Shown here: piece after piece, positions 32,398-33,247 of the stretch
Position numbering within the stretch: the stretch's first letter is position 1
Layout: every line of letters begins with the position of its first letter
Source of the DNA: a virus
Lineage: Duplodnaviria > Caudoviricetes
Reading direction: 5' to 3' (one strand)
DNA length: 33,247 nt
IMG/VR virus record: IMGVR_UViG_3300016265_000676
Span: 1 to 33,247 of that record
Translations under genes and position numbers: made by a program
Notes under the pieces: model-generated
The model's input: only the letters and a program-made list of their open reading frames with translations
The model's database searches: none
Told to the model about the DNA's origin: nothing

Positions 32398-32680
32398 TGC
32401 GGCTCTTGACGAAGGTGACCTCGATGCTGTGCTGCAGCGGATTGGCCGGATCGCCTGCCACCGTCATCGGCAGCACCTTACCCACCAGCGTAAGGAAGGC
32501 GTTGCGGCTTTTCTCGTCGTGCGCACAGGACAGCAGGTAATCCACGCCGCCCGCTTTGTCGAGCGCCTGCAGAATCATTTCCTTGAGCTGGCCTGTGGTC
32601 TTGTTGGGAATGCCCTTGCGGCTTCCGCCCGTTAAATTGCCGTTTCCGGCTCTTTTCGGCACTTTGTCGAATTCGCTCAT
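32381..32680 (-). CDS. terS: Terminase small subunit
   Basis: GGSRKGIPNKTT...AFLTLVGKVLP; SD GAGG; directly upstream of terL. Confidence 0.75.
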   Translation of the reverse strand: MSEFDKVPKRAGNGNLTGGSRKGIPNKTTGQLKEMILQALDKAGGVDYLLSCAHDEKSRNAFLTLVGKVLPMTVAGDPANPLQHSIEVTFVKSRNDSAS

Positions 32681-32726
32681 GGTTTTACGCCTCATCTCGG
32701 CGACACCGGGTAACGCCGGCTCGATT

Positions 32727-32767
32727 AAAAACAAAAAACCCCAGGCAGACTCGTGATCCACCTGGGG
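32727..32767 (-). terminator. tR'-like late terminator
   Basis: CCCCAGGTGGAT-loop-GTCTGCCTGGGG then TTTTTTGTTTTT. Confidence 0.8.
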
Positions 32768-32853
32768 CCGTGTGCATGCTGGCTTCGACTTGTACACCCG
32801 CGCCTCCGCACGGATGTACAGCCTTATGCGTATTCGCGCGCCATGTGAGCGCG

Positions 32854-32882
32854 AGTTTAAAACAATGCATCTTGAATGTCAA
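32854..32882 (-). promoter_or_regulatory. PR'-like sigma70 late promoter
   Basis: TTGACA (32882-32877), 17 nt, TAAACT (32859-32854), right at the end of the Q-like gene. Confidence 0.85.
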
Positions 32883-33247
32883 GCATTGCGGTTCTTGAGC
32901 ATTTGGCGCCCGTCTTCCACCAGCTTCTTCAGCATGTCCTTGGAAACGCCAATCAGCTTTGCCGCCTTGCCTGGTTGTCCGCCATAGACGTAACACCAGC
33001 GAATTGCATCGCGGTGTCCGTTGGGCAGCAATCTGACCTGGCGTTCCATTTCGTGCGCATCGAGCAGGTCGCAGTTTTCCCGGTACTCAGGCACATGCCA
33101 CTGGCGCGCCAGGCTCTTGACCTGGCGCCACATGGGCGAGGCGGTCCAGCCGGATTGCGGCGACGTGCGCACCCAGCGCGCCCAGTTCTCCAATCGGGCG
33201 TGGATGTCCAGGTGCAAGTCGGCCACCGCGTGGAAATCGATGTAGTC
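32879..33247 (-). CDS. Q-like late antiterminator (start wraps to position 9 if circular)
   Basis: IHARLENWARW...C-terminal HTH; followed by PR'/tR'; frame open to the window end. Confidence 0.75.
   Translation of the reverse strand, partial: DYIDFHAVADLHLDIHARLENWARWVRTSPQSGWTASPMWRQVKSLARQWHVPEYRENCDLLDAHEMERQVRLLPNGHRDAIRWCYVYGGQPGKAAKLIGVSKDMLKKLVEDGRQMLKNRNA

Larger units (their letters stand above)
1..33247. mobile_element. Complete (circularly permuted) lambdoid/P22-like podophage genome
   Basis: Terminase, portal, scaffold, coat, ejection, tailspike, lysis, replication and nin-like modules in lambdoid order; no host genes seen; ends join in frame in the Q-like gene. Confidence 0.9.

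Overview
This window looks like a complete, circularly permuted 33.2-kb genome of a high-GC lambdoid podophage with a P22-like head and tail. The host is probably betaproteobacterial (inference). The two ends join in frame to rebuild the start of a Q-like antiterminator gene. From a divergent promoter pair at about 4420-4500, the minus strand carries cro-like, replication (O-like initiator with iterons, SF4 helicase) and nin-like genes, then Q, a PR'-like late promoter, terminases, portal, scaffold, P22-like coat, tail hub/ejection proteins, a beta-helix tailspike and a lysis cassette. The plus strand (4500-13380) carries an early operon of many small genes (SSB, Gp157, degenerate HNH and others) interleaved with strongly structured non-coding stretches. 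I could not identify an integrase, CI repressor, N protein or spanins, although an attP-like remnant sits where the two arms converge. The best candidate for an undescribed system is the first early module: a structured leader RNA, a small possibly Sm-like (DUF6948-like) protein, an overlapping 32-aa (Tyr-Gly)n repeat peptide and a second highly structured RNA. All family assignments come from motif recognition by eye, not database searches.
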